Shown here in pieces: positions 27,112 to 36,934 of a stretch of DNA of 64,000 nt. The notes below the pieces were generated by a model that made no database searches, was not told the origin of the DNA, and saw only the letters and a list, made by a program, of their open reading frames with translations. The stretch spans positions 5,344,001-5,408,000 of the forward strand of contig OZ220741.1 in NCBI GenBank assembly GCA_965116885.1, given 5' to 3'. Source of the stretch: Candidatus Latescibacterota bacterium (GTDB taxonomy: Bacteria; Latescibacterota; UBA2968). Numbering within the stretch: position 1 is the stretch's first letter; each line of letters starts with the position of its first letter. A program made the translations under genes and the position numbers.

Positions 27112-27135
27112 CTTAGTCTCCCTTCCTAAAAAACA

Positions 27136-27165
27136 AAAAGCTCTGGCAAAACACCAGAGCTTTTC
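27136..27165. terminator. intrinsic terminator
   Basis: AAAAAGCTCTGG-CAAAACA-CCAGAGCTTTT. Confidence 0.75.
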
Positions 27166-27204
27166 TGTTCCAGCGGCATCAACCCCGGTTCCAGCATATC
27201 CATA

Positions 27205-30200
27205 TCAGGGACGTTCAATACCCAATCTTTTCATTCGGCTGTACAGGGTAGAAGGCGGCAATTCCAGCCGCGCCGCCGCGCCTTTTGTTCCCTTTACCTT
27301 CCAATTGGTAATCTCGAGCACTTCGAGAATATAGAGACGTTCAAATTCTTCCATAGACACGATTTCGCGGTCTTGAAAATCCGATAAGGAGGTCCACGCC
27401 AGGTCGAGAGCCGCGCTTTTAATTCGCGAGCGGTACGACCCGAGATCCTCCAATGCAATTCGAGACCCATGGCACACAGTCACAGCTCGCTGTATGGTAT
27501 GCTCCAGTTCTCGCACATTCCCAGGCCAATCATAGGCTCGCAACACCTCGATAACCCCTGCCGTCAAGGGAGCTATATCCTTGCCTATATGCGCCGCCAT
27601 GCGATCCTTGAAAAACTCCGCCAGGAGTGGTATATCCTCTTTGCGATCGCGTAGAGGCGGCAAATACAGCGGAAAGCCATAGATGCGATAATAGAGGTCC
27701 TCGCGCAAAGCACCTGTGCTGGTCATCTCCTCCAGGTTGCGATTGGTCGATGCCACAATGCGCGTCTGCGCTTTTAGTGTCTCGCTACCCCCAACCCGCT
27801 CAAACGTGCCCTCTTCCAGCAAGCGCAATAGCCTGGCTTGCGTTTCCAGGGTCATATCCCCAATCTCATCCAAAAAGAGCGTGCCATCTTTGGCCAGTTC
27901 CACCTTGCCCAGCCTGCGAGAAACTGCGCTGGCAAAAGCCCCTTTTTCGTGACCAAAAAGTTCACTATCGATCAGCGTTTCAGGCAGTGCGCCACAGTTG
28001 ACCTGAATAAAAGGCCCATCGCTATGGGCACTTTGTCCGTGTAATACCCGCGCAGCCAATCCCTTACCCACCCCCGTCTCGCCCAGAATCAGCACAGTCA
28101 GATCAGTCGATGCCACCTCCATCAATCTGGTCTGAAACTGTTGCAAAGCCTCGCTCTGACCGATAAACTCATTGCCCTCCTGGCTGTTGAGAGCCGCAGT
28201 CAGAGCTTCAATACGCAAGTCCGGTTCTACTGAGATTTGAACCTGTGCCATCTCTGAGTAATTGAGATCGCGATCTACAGCCCTGACCTGAAAGGTGTAA
28301 TCGCCCGGTGGCAAATCCCGGTAATGCGCCCTCATTTCTCGGGTCGCTGGCTGCCAGTCGGGGTCGTGTCCCTGTAAACGGTAAACATACAGCATGTCGC
28401 TGGAACGAGTAGAAAAACTCAGGCCCTTGTACTCGAAAATCACATTCTGCTCTGTGGTAGATAGGATGCCTTCTTCTATGTTCTCATGGATTTTATCGGC
28501 AATCACTTGCAGCAGGCAAATCTGGGGCGGGGTTTTTTGTTGCCTATAGCGCACCAGAGAATTTTGGACTGTACCGAACCAAAAGGCGCCATCACGATCT
28601 TCGAGTATTTGAAGAACAGGTCCTATATGCGGTGAATTGATGGTCTGGAAAAGTTGACCATCGTAGTGAGCCACGCCCCCGTCTGTGCCAATCCAGATGT
28701 GGCCTCGCTGATCTTCTAACAAGCAGCGGATGCGGTTGCTCGGCAAACCGTCTTCAGTGGTGAAGGTGTGGAAGGTGCTACCATCAAAGCGACTGAGACC
28801 GCTTTGGGTAGCAACCCATACGTTCCCATGCAGGTCTTCCAGCAGGTCCTCGACTTTGTCATCTATCAGCCCATCTTCAATCCCATAAAATTTAAGCCCA
28901 TCTTCGGAATGCCAGCGCGCAAAACCCTTATCTTTGTCGAAAAAATTTGGGTAATCAATAAAAAAATAAAACTCGCCATTACGCCCGGCAATCACGGTGC
29001 CGATGCGGCCGAAAGGATCTCTCTGTACATTAACCTCAAGAATAGTTTGTAACTGATCGTCTCGCTGGTAAAAGAGCCTCAATGGGCTACCCCAAAAGTC
29101 TCTTTTTCTTGTTATTTTTTCGTTTCCCCAATCGCCAAAAAGAAATCTCCCTTGCGAATCCTGGGCAATTGCACAAATACCACTTTCGCCTAAACCTGCA
29201 GTTGTTTGCATTTTTTTGAGCTTCTCTCCATCATAGCGGAACAAGCCATTGCCACCTCCAAACCACAGGTCCCCGGCGGAGTCCGCGTAGATGGCGAAAC
29301 AGTTGTTGATATCAAAACCATCCTCAGTGCCTACGAATTCAAAGTGCTCGCCATCAAAGCGAAAAACGCTTTTCTCCACACGGTTGAGAAAGGGAGCCAT
29401 ATACCCGACCCATATATCTCCTCGCCTGTCTTGCACGATCTGTGAGATCTCAACCATATTGTTGTTTTCAAAAACTGCCGCATTGTGATCAAAAACACTG
29501 ATACTATGTGCATCGTAAAGCCCGACGCCCCCCCAGGTAGCAAACCAGAACTGATGCTCGCGGTCCTGCAACACAGCTTTGACTGCGGGATGGGGCAAGC
29601 CATCGGCAACGGTAAACCTGCTAAACCCATCTCCATCCTGATAGAATATTCCATCTGAAGTGCAAAACCACATCCGCCCTTCCCGATCGCACTGAATTTT
29701 GCGCAGGCTGTCACCCAAATCTACCCCAACAGATTGGAAGGTGCCATCGGCATAGTAACAGAGTTTATCCTGGTATCTGCGATGACCGATCCAAACACGG
29801 CCGGTAGAGTCCTGAGCCACAGCATAGGCCGTGTTGCCTTTCGGAAAACCATCTTTCTTCTCATAGCGATGAAAGGATGTGCCGTCGAAACGGATGAGGT
29901 AGTTAAATCCAAACCACATCTGACCTTGTGGATCCTGAGCAATACCCCGACACTGACTGGGCCAGAGAGGAGAAGGCGGCTCCTGATAATGCTGAAGGTA
30001 GATCGGAATTAAATCGCGGAACACAGTACCGTCGTAATATCCCAGAGTGCGGTGACCGCCACACCATATACGCCCCTCACTATCTTCGTAGATGAACTGC
30101 ACAGCACGCCCTGCGATCCCGTCGTCTTCCAAATGGTGGAAATCTGATCCATCATACCAGCAGACCCCATTTAATGTACCAAACCACAATCGCTTCTGAC

Positions 30201-30426
30201 TGTCCTCTAAAACAAAATAAACGCGGTCGCTAATCAGACCATCCCGTCGCGTAAAATTCTGAAACTCGTCCCCGTCGAAGCGACTAACACCGTTGTCCCA
30301 GGTGGCGAACCAGAGATAGCCTTTGCTATCCTCCGCAATGTGTTCAACGCGCATCCCAGCCAGGCCATCTGCCATAGAATAAGTTTGCCAGGTGCCCGTG
30401 CGGTCGAGTGTCTTGATCATTGTCAT
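27205..30426 (-). CDS. sigma54-type enhancer-binding protein with Reg_prop beta-propellers and a Y_Y_Y domain
   Basis: Many ED..G..WF.T..GV..YDG repeats, YRDLPPGDYTFQVRA, GETGVGK, LFLDEIGD, WPGNVREL and C-terminal HTH. Confidence 0.88.
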   Translation of the reverse strand: MTMIKTLDRTGTWQTYSMADGLAGMRVEHIAEDSKGYLWFATWDNGVSRFDGDEFQNFTRRDGLISDRVYFVLEDSQKRLWFGTLNGVCWYDGSDFHHLEDDGIAGRAVQFIYEDSEGRIWCGGHRTLGYYDGTVFRDLIPIYLQHYQEPPSPLWPSQCRGIAQDPQGQMWFGFNYLIRFDGTSFHRYEKKDGFPKGNTAYAVAQDSTGRVWIGHRRYQDKLCYYADGTFQSVGVDLGDSLRKIQCDREGRMWFCTSDGIFYQDGDGFSRFTVADGLPHPAVKAVLQDREHQFWFATWGGVGLYDAHSISVFDHNAAVFENNNMVEISQIVQDRRGDIWVGYMAPFLNRVEKSVFRFDGEHFEFVGTEDGFDINNCFAIYADSAGDLWFGGGNGLFRYDGEKLKKMQTTAGLGESGICAIAQDSQGRFLFGDWGNEKITRKRDFWGSPLRLFYQRDDQLQTILEVNVQRDPFGRIGTVIAGRNGEFYFFIDYPNFFDKDKGFARWHSEDGLKFYGIEDGLIDDKVEDLLEDLHGNVWVATQSGLSRFDGSTFHTFTTEDGLPSNRIRCLLEDQRGHIWIGTDGGVAHYDGQLFQTINSPHIGPVLQILEDRDGAFWFGTVQNSLVRYRQQKTPPQICLLQVIADKIHENIEEGILSTTEQNVIFEYKGLSFSTRSSDMLYVYRLQGHDPDWQPATREMRAHYRDLPPGDYTFQVRAVDRDLNYSEMAQVQISVEPDLRIEALTAALNSQEGNEFIGQSEALQQFQTRLMEVASTDLTVLILGETGVGKGLAARVLHGQSAHSDGPFIQVNCGALPETLIDSELFGHEKGAFASAVSRRLGKVELAKDGTLFLDEIGDMTLETQARLLRLLEEGTFERVGGSETLKAQTRIVASTNRNLEEMTSTGALREDLYYRIYGFPLYLPPLRDRKEDIPLLAEFFKDRMAAHIGKDIAPLTAGVIEVLRAYDWPGNVRELEHTIQRAVTVCHGSRIALEDLGSYRSRIKSAALDLAWTSLSDFQDREIVSMEEFERLYILEVLEITNWKVKGTKGAAARLELPPSTLYSRMKRLGIERP

Positions 30427-31709
30427 ACCCCCTTTGCCACATCGGCAACCGCTTCAATCGTCGCATCGATCACATCATCTGTATGCGCTGTCGATAAAAA
30501 CCACGCGCCCCGCTCCAGTGCGCGCACGCCTTTGTAGTGGAGTACCTCTGTAAATTTGATATACCGCTCGCGATCTGCTTGAAGCGAACTCCGATAATCG
30601 ACAACCGGAGCATCGACGCCAAAGCCCACGTGAAAAATCTGCGGAAAACCCGCAATCCGCGCTTGAATATCGGCCTCTTTTAGCCCGCGCGCAATACCTT
30701 CCATAAGCCGATTGCCCCGCGCATTGAGCGCGTCAAACGTCTCTTCTTTACCCAACTCGGTCAGCGTAGCGATCACCGCGGCCATAGAAGCCGGTTGCGC
30801 ATTATAAGTGCCGCCGTGCATCACACCCGCGACGAGCATATCCATCAAATCGCCTCGCCCTGCCAAACACGAAACCGGAAACCCATTGGCTATCGCCTTG
30901 CCAAACGTCGCCAGATCAGGCGTCACTCCAAAGTATTGCTGCGCGCCGCCAGGTGCCACGCGAAACCCCGTAATCACTTCGTCAAAAATGAGCACCGTTC
31001 CCGTATCGGTACACACATCTCGAACACCTTCCAAATAGCCCTCAGCGGGAAAAATTGTGCTGGTATTGCACATCGCAGGCTCCATAATAACAGCTGCGAC
31101 ATCCCCGCGTTTCAGGCGCGCACTCAGAAGTTCCAGATTATTCCAGGGAAGCACCTCAGTATGCCGACCTGCCACCGGGTCTTGCCCTGCACTGGCTGGA
31201 ATGGGGATGGACGCATCAATCGGACCATACTGATCGGGCGAGGGTGCAATAGACCACAGCACATTGTCAAACCAGCCGTGATAATGTCCCTCAAATTTGA
31301 TCACTATTGACCGCTCCGTAGCCGCGCGTGCCAGGCGCAAAGCCGCTTGCACCACTTCGCTACCCGTGCAATTAAACCGCACCCGCTCCGCACACGGCAC
31401 CATATCGCAAACCATCCTGGCAGCCTCTTGCTCAATCGCTGTCTGCCCGGCAAAGAGAATGCCCGACTCGAGCTGTTTCCGAACAGCAGACAGCACGGGT
31501 TCTGGATTGTGCCCCAAAATCATCGGTCCCATGCCCAGATAATAATCAATCAAACGATTGCCGTCCACATCGTAGAGATACGGCCCTTCGCCCCGTTCAA
31601 AAACCAGAGGCGAGGGAACCATCCCCAGTCGAAAATTGCTGTTCACACCGCCCGGCAAATAGCGCGAGGCTTCGGCGATCAAACGCCTGGATTTTTCAAA
31701 AGACTTCAT
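30423..31709 (-). CDS. class III aminotransferase, glutamate-1-semialdehyde aminomutase-like
   Basis: PGGVNS, DVDGN..IDY, KFEGHYHG, FDEVITGFR, DLATFGKAIANG and HGGTYN motifs. Confidence 0.85.
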   Translation of the reverse strand: MKSFEKSRRLIAEASRYLPGGVNSNFRLGMVPSPLVFERGEGPYLYDVDGNRLIDYYLGMGPMILGHNPEPVLSAVRKQLESGILFAGQTAIEQEAARMVCDMVPCAERVRFNCTGSEVVQAALRLARAATERSIVIKFEGHYHGWFDNVLWSIAPSPDQYGPIDASIPIPASAGQDPVAGRHTEVLPWNNLELLSARLKRGDVAAVIMEPAMCNTSTIFPAEGYLEGVRDVCTDTGTVLIFDEVITGFRVAPGGAQQYFGVTPDLATFGKAIANGFPVSCLAGRGDLMDMLVAGVMHGGTYNAQPASMAAVIATLTELGKEETFDALNARGNRLMEGIARGLKEADIQARIAGFPQIFHVGFGVDAPVVDYRSSLQADRERYIKFTEVLHYKGVRALERGAWFLSTAHTDDVIDATIEAVADVAKGV

Positions 31710-31737
31710 GTAATCCCCGAATTTTTATAGCGATCTG

Positions 31738-31822
31738 TTTATCCTATTCATCCTTTTATCCTGTACAGCCTGATCCGCTTTCATCCTGTTCATCTTTCAA
31801 TCCTGAAAATCCCGATCCGAGT
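31738..31822. repeat. CAGGAT/AGGATG-rich dispersed repeat (two units) overlapping the GT2 3' end
   Basis: Minus strand reads caggattgaaagatgaacaggat...caggataaaaggatgaataggat, similar to 63637-63680. Confidence 0.55.
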
Positions 31823-32754
31823 TCCATAAATCGCACACGCGAGGAAACATCTTCGAGAAGGGCGCGGTTGGTGGCGATGAGATCGGCGACAATACCGGTG
31901 AGAAACATCTGAAATCCAGCGAGCAGGAGGATAGCGGCGAGGATAAGCGATTGAATGTGAAGCTCGCCTTCGTCAGTAAAAAAGAAAAAATAGAGAAACC
32001 GGAAACCGATTAACGTACCGAATGCGAAAACAACAGCACCAAAAATAGAAAATATGCGGAGTGCTTTGTAGCGGGCGTAAGTGCGCAGACTGATCATGCC
32101 CGACTTAAAGACAAATACACCCGGATTTTTGAAAAGACGCGATTCGCGCGTTTTGGGATTCGTGCGAATAGGTACAGTTTCGACAGCGAGACGGTCTTGA
32201 CCCGCTTGCACAACATGCTCGGCAGTATGATCAAAATCCGTAAACATCGACAGACGCAGAACCGCTTCTCTTGAAAAGGCGCGAAAACCACTGGCGACAT
32301 CGGGCACCTCAATATGGGCGAGGCGACTGATGATGCGACTACCCAAACCCTGTAGCCATCGCTTAAAAAAAGAAAAGTGGCCGATATCACCTGTCTGTCG
32401 ATCTCCAATAACGATATGGGCGCGCTTCTCGAGAATGGGCTGAACAAGCGCTGCAATATCGGGACCATAGTACTGATTATCGCCATCGGTATTGACAATA
32501 ATATCGGCACCGAGTTTGAGACAAGTGTCAAAACCCGCTTTGAATGCATGCCCCAGACCGCGGTTTTTGGGGAATCTGACAATATGATCCACGCCGAGAT
32601 CGCGCGCGACCTCAGACGTGCGATCCGTAGAACCATCGTCAATGACCAGAATCTCGACTTTGTCAATACCGGGAACTTCGCGTGGAATATCGTTAACCGT
32701 AGCGGGCAGGGTTTCTTCTTCGTTGAGGCAGGGGATTTGGACAATCAGTTTCAT
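31756..32754 (-). CDS. glycosyltransferase family 2 (polyprenol-phosphate GT-like, two C-terminal TM)
   Basis: IPCLNEE, IDDGSTD, DGDNQY and DVASGFRAF motifs. Confidence 0.88.
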   Translation of the reverse strand: MKLIVQIPCLNEEETLPATVNDIPREVPGIDKVEILVIDDGSTDRTSEVARDLGVDHIVRFPKNRGLGHAFKAGFDTCLKLGADIIVNTDGDNQYYGPDIAALVQPILEKRAHIVIGDRQTGDIGHFSFFKRWLQGLGSRIISRLAHIEVPDVASGFRAFSREAVLRLSMFTDFDHTAEHVVQAGQDRLAVETVPIRTNPKTRESRLFKNPGVFVFKSGMISLRTYARYKALRIFSIFGAVVFAFGTLIGFRFLYFFFFTDEGELHIQSLILAAILLLAGFQMFLTGIVADLIATNRALLEDVSSRVRFMELGSGFSGLKDEQDESGSGCTG

Positions 32755-32756
32755 TT

Positions 32757-34430
32757 TTAATCGCCAAAAATAGCAGCCGATGCGGCCTCGGCCTTTTCCA
32801 TTTTTTCTTCTTCGGATAAATCGCCCATCGCTTTGTAAAAAATTTCATCGTAATCGCGCGTTTTGATAACCACGGGCATAGGTACCGCATGCCCAAATAC
32901 AAGGGCTTGCTGTTTGGAATCGAGACTGGCCAGAACACTTCGCAAGCCAGAGGCATTTGAAACACCTGTGAGTACCCCCTGGATGTCTTTTTCATCATTG
33001 AGCAAAGCCGTGATTTTTGTGCCGAGTTGTGAAAGCACTTCTTCGTCAATCCCCGAGGGACGCTGGTCAACCACGAGGAGCGAAACGTAGTATTTACGCA
33101 TTTCTCTGGCAATTGTACCAAAAATGGTTTGCCTTGCAGTCGCGGGATTGAGAAACTTGTGGGCTTCTTCAATGGTGATAACCAGGTGCCGCGGCTGATC
33201 TTCGGGATTTTGCGAGGCGTAAAATTTTTCGCTTTTTGTGACGTATTGTTCGTGAATGCGGCGAGAGAGAATATTCGCCACGAGCAAATACGCGAGCATG
33301 CCGGTCTGCCGACCAAACTCGAGCACAATGTGAATGCCGCGGTCGATGTAATCCATCATCGTATCGACGGCATCGGCTCCGTTGAGGCTATTGACCATAA
33401 AGGGAAAGGTTTCGAGGCGTTTGAGTTTGCGATGCAGCGCGGAAAGCGAACTTTTATTGGCACCAATATCCTCGGCAAATTGCTCGACATCGGGACCGTC
33501 AATAGAAAGCAATTGGCGCAGCCAGCGGTCTTTGTACATCGCGTAAACGAGATAGGCAGATTCAGAAGCCGTGGGATTGAGTTGCAGTTCGTCTTGCAAC
33601 GCGATAACATCTTCGACCGCGACCTGATCGTAGGTAATGTACACCTCGTGATCGGGTTGAATACCGCGCTGCCGAGACGATTCGGGATCGAGAGAAAATA
33701 GGGCCACCTGATTCCCAAAAAGCTGCTTGAGACCCTTGACAAAGCTATTTCCCTGTCCGCCCTCTTTCATAGCGCGAAAACCGTATTCGTTGTGCATATC
33801 AAAAATGAGATTGACGGCTTTCTTGTTTTTGATCAGACCGCACAAAACCAGACGCGTGAGAAAGGACTTACCCGTACCCGTTTTGCCAAAAATACCGTTA
33901 CTGCGTTCGACAAAGCGATTGAGATTGATGCACACCGGCGTATCCATATCCAATGGCGTACCCATGTTGAAAAACCGGTCGTCTTTTTCCTCGCTGCCAA
34001 AAACGCGCGATACATCCTCTTCTTCAGCTTCAACAACTTTGGAAAAATGACTGGGAATAGTTTTCACCGGACGCGGTTCATCAACGATTTCTTCGCCCTG
34101 TTCCAGCATGAGCATAGGACGCAGTGCAACGGTGACATAGGTACTGGACCCATTGAGAACGCTGTGCAACAACTGATCGCCCTCGCGCGGTGGATAAAGC
34201 AAAATTTCGGGATTGGTCGCATCCAGACTCAGGTCGGTGATCATGGAGAAAAACTGATTTTTATAGCCCTCAATAACCACAAATTTGCCAGCCTTGACGT
34301 CTTCTACACTGCGGTCGGGGTTGAGTTTCATCTCAACGCCCTCGGTCAAAGACCCTTGCGTGACAACGCCGATTTCGCCGCCATCTTGAATATTGGGCGA
34401 ACCGTTTAGATTATTCCAGAGATCGTTCAT
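32757..34430 (-). CDS. herA: HerA/FtsK-family ATPase with N-terminal HAS barrel
   Basis: GKTGTGKS Walker A, IFDMHNEY, ITIEEAH Walker B, REMRKY and DQRPS. Confidence 0.88.
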   Translation of the reverse strand: MNDLWNNLNGSPNIQDGGEIGVVTQGSLTEGVEMKLNPDRSVEDVKAGKFVVIEGYKNQFFSMITDLSLDATNPEILLYPPREGDQLLHSVLNGSSTYVTVALRPMLMLEQGEEIVDEPRPVKTIPSHFSKVVEAEEEDVSRVFGSEEKDDRFFNMGTPLDMDTPVCINLNRFVERSNGIFGKTGTGKSFLTRLVLCGLIKNKKAVNLIFDMHNEYGFRAMKEGGQGNSFVKGLKQLFGNQVALFSLDPESSRQRGIQPDHEVYITYDQVAVEDVIALQDELQLNPTASESAYLVYAMYKDRWLRQLLSIDGPDVEQFAEDIGANKSSLSALHRKLKRLETFPFMVNSLNGADAVDTMMDYIDRGIHIVLEFGRQTGMLAYLLVANILSRRIHEQYVTKSEKFYASQNPEDQPRHLVITIEEAHKFLNPATARQTIFGTIAREMRKYYVSLLVVDQRPSGIDEEVLSQLGTKITALLNDEKDIQGVLTGVSNASGLRSVLASLDSKQQALVFGHAVPMPVVIKTRDYDEIFYKAMGDLSEEEKMEKAEAASAAIFGD

Positions 34431-34459
34431 AAAAGGTAGCTTCCATTCTTACTTCACAT

Positions 34460-35056
34460 TTACTGCGAAATCCGCCGCATAATAGAACTCAGGCGGTCGT
34501 AGTCGTCGCGGATAAGGCGACACAGGTCTTTGCCAATACTCACCAAATAGGGCATGTCCGAAGCACGAGCTGCCCACGCATTTCGCACCGAGGCAATGAT
34601 GAGATCGTCGGCGGGCAGGCGGTTGCCACATAAAATGCTGCGGAGAAAATCCCCACTATTGGTCAGGGCTTTAATTTCGGATTCGGTACATGGAAAAACA
34701 AAGCTGTGAATCCCGGGCGGTTGCGGTGGCAAGACCTGTTGCGGGCCCTGGTCGTCGCCATAGCCAATAATAACGGCTTCGAATTCAGTCTTGAGAAGTT
34801 CAAAAATTTGCGGCTGCTCTTCGCGCAATTCTTGTTCCGTAAGCCCATAAGCCGTGGCGCGTCGGTTGGGTTCAATAGAATGCGTACACACATTGAAAAC
34901 CAGGCCATATACAGGCAATGCACCAATAGTCTTGACAAAGGAGCCGAATGGCGGTGCGCCATTTAGCTCCCGGCTTTCAGAAGTAAATTGCGAAGTCGAG
35001 CTTTCGACAATTTCGCCAATATATTCAGTGCTGATATCAATAGAAGAAAGAGCCAT
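34460..35056 (-). CDS. stand-alone HAS-barrel protein
   Basis: IGEIVESST..F...PPFGSFV, EEQPQIFELL.TEF and LPPQPP.IHSFV; lies between nurA and herA. Confidence 0.75.
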   Translation of the reverse strand: MALSSIDISTEYIGEIVESSTSQFTSESRELNGAPPFGSFVKTIGALPVYGLVFNVCTHSIEPNRRATAYGLTEQELREEQPQIFELLKTEFEAVIIGYGDDQGPQQVLPPQPPGIHSFVFPCTESEIKALTNSGDFLRSILCGNRLPADDLIIASVRNAWAARASDMPYLVSIGKDLCRLIRDDYDRLSSIMRRISQ

Positions 35057-35067
35057 AAAAAACCTCT

Positions 35068-36312
35068 CTATACAGCTGCAGCCATTTTTTTCAGTTGTTT
35101 GAGCGACTGTTCAGTTTTGATATTATTTTTTACAAAAGCGTCTTTTAAGAACTTAAAAAATATATCGCGGTCAGCCCCGCGCACAATGGCGCGTTCGTGG
35201 GATTCGGATAAGACGACGGGATATCCGCGCCCCTTATCGACCTGATCAATAACCGTGGCGTGTACGAGATCGAGCAACTCGCGGTCTTTGGCAACCCATT
35301 CGGGGATTTCGACGCGTCCAATTTCCCAACCCGTGTGTACGTAAAAAAAGCAGATGCGGTGGGGACCGTAGTCCTCGAGGATTTTAGACGCGCTGCGATA
35401 AACACCACTGCGCTCGCCGCGTTTGAGTCTCCGGGCATACAGCATATCGTCGGTAACGCCGGCAATGGGTTCACAGGGAATGGGCGCAGGCGGTTCGGAA
35501 TCCCCATCAAAATCGAGAAGATGCTGCGCTTCGGCTGCTTTCCACGGACACTTGTCGCAGTTGGGAGGCTGTTCGGGGCAAAGGCCCACGCGCAAGGCAT
35601 TGAGCACATCGGCACTGCCGGGATCTGAAATATACCCGGCAATGGGAACGCGGAGTTCGCGCAGACGCTCCAAACCAGCGAGTGTGGTCTGAAGCGTTTC
35701 GCGGCGAAAATCGTAGGGTTTGCCTTCGAGCATCCACAAAATCAGGGTGCCATCGGTCAGCCCAACACAGGTTCGGCCCTCTGCGTGCGCCAGAGCAGAG
35801 AGGGTAACTACCTTTTCGAGTTCCATCGCATTGCGCCGCACGCCAACGACTTCGCGGGTGATTGGACTGCGCTTGCCCGCCCATTCCTGATAGAGGTCGT
35901 CTTCATCGTAAAAAAGCGTTGGTTCGCTGTTTAACACCGGGCGTTCTCCCGTACCGTAATGAATGACGACATAGCCAATATTAATCAAAAAACAATTGGC
36001 GACTTCGTGCCGGTCGGGGAATATCTGAGACCCATCGGCGGCAATAACGGTGAGTTCTTTGGGGCGGTCGGGTCTTGGACACGCCTCGGCAATCGGCCCG
36101 CCGAGTTGGGCAACCAGCCAGGAAGTGCGGCTACGTGCAATTTTAATACCCAGGGTTTCCCAGGCACCTTCCCAGCGATCCATTTCGGAACATGCCAGAT
36201 CAATGCGGGCAAAAAAGTCGTCTTGCAAAGTACTGGCGTCAACCGCCATCTGGTCAATCTGGCGTTTGAGCAAACCGTAATCGAGCATAAGAGGCTCCAG
36301 GGAGCGAATCAC
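35068..36312 (-). CDS. nurA: NurA-family nuclease
   Basis: AADGSQIFPDRH, TDGTLILW, RVEIPEWV and GYPVVLSESHERA; four-Cys insert. Confidence 0.88.
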   Translation of the reverse strand: MIRSLEPLMLDYGLLKRQIDQMAVDASTLQDDFFARIDLACSEMDRWEGAWETLGIKIARSRTSWLVAQLGGPIAEACPRPDRPKELTVIAADGSQIFPDRHEVANCFLINIGYVVIHYGTGERPVLNSEPTLFYDEDDLYQEWAGKRSPITREVVGVRRNAMELEKVVTLSALAHAEGRTCVGLTDGTLILWMLEGKPYDFRRETLQTTLAGLERLRELRVPIAGYISDPGSADVLNALRVGLCPEQPPNCDKCPWKAAEAQHLLDFDGDSEPPAPIPCEPIAGVTDDMLYARRLKRGERSGVYRSASKILEDYGPHRICFFYVHTGWEIGRVEIPEWVAKDRELLDLVHATVIDQVDKGRGYPVVLSESHERAIVRGADRDIFFKFLKDAFVKNNIKTEQSLKQLKKMAAAV

Positions 36313-36866
36313 ACAATTGATTCATAAAAAAATTGCCGACCACCGCCGGGGACACTGCCATCGCGCACGCGGCACACGAGACCCATTTTTTGCAGGGCAT
36401 TGAGCCGATTACATGCGATATTGATATTTTTTCTCAACGCGTGGGCAAACTCGGAAGACGTACCTTTTTTTCGAGACAGAACAATGTCAAGGGCTTCTCG
36501 AATGGGCGTTTTGAGCACACCGAGCACATGAATATCGCCTTCGTCATCTTTGAAAAGCGCGGCCAGGTCGCGCAATTTGAGCACGGCCTCAAAGGTCTCG
36601 CGCACGGAATCATTGGCGTTTTGGATAAAGGTAAAGCGATTGCCAAGCTCCCCACTGCCAATACGCATAAGGAGTTTGCAAAGCAACTCGTCGGCGCATG
36701 AGATATCGATAAACGAGACATTGGCAAAGTCGAGGGGCGTAACCGCATCGTCATCGGCTGTCTGCATAAATGCCATAAGCTGATTGAGCAGGACTTCGCC
36801 TCGATCTCGCCCACTCAGAATACCCGTAGGCGTCTCAAAAACGAAAGGGGGGGTTTGTTCAGGCAT
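36309..36866 (-). CDS. STAS-like domain plus C-terminal winged-HTH regulator
   Basis: LSGRDRGE...LDFANVSFIDISCADELL (STAS/DUF4325-like), then SSEFA...INIACNRLNALQKMGLV.R...GGRQFFY. Confidence 0.7.
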   Translation of the reverse strand: MPEQTPPFVFETPTGILSGRDRGEVLLNQLMAFMQTADDDAVTPLDFANVSFIDISCADELLCKLLMRIGSGELGNRFTFIQNANDSVRETFEAVLKLRDLAALFKDDEGDIHVLGVLKTPIREALDIVLSRKKGTSSEFAHALRKNINIACNRLNALQKMGLVCRVRDGSVPGGGRQFFYESIV

Positions 36867-36934
36867 CTCATCGTCCCTTAAAATTCGGTTGAAATTCGAT
36901 TTGTGGGGATTGGGGGAACGATGGGGAAGATATT

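Noticed and set aside
32757..34430. HerA as a Sir2-HerA or DUF4297-HerA defence system
   Set aside because: The partner is NurA plus a HAS-barrel protein; no Sir2 or DUF4297 gene is present.
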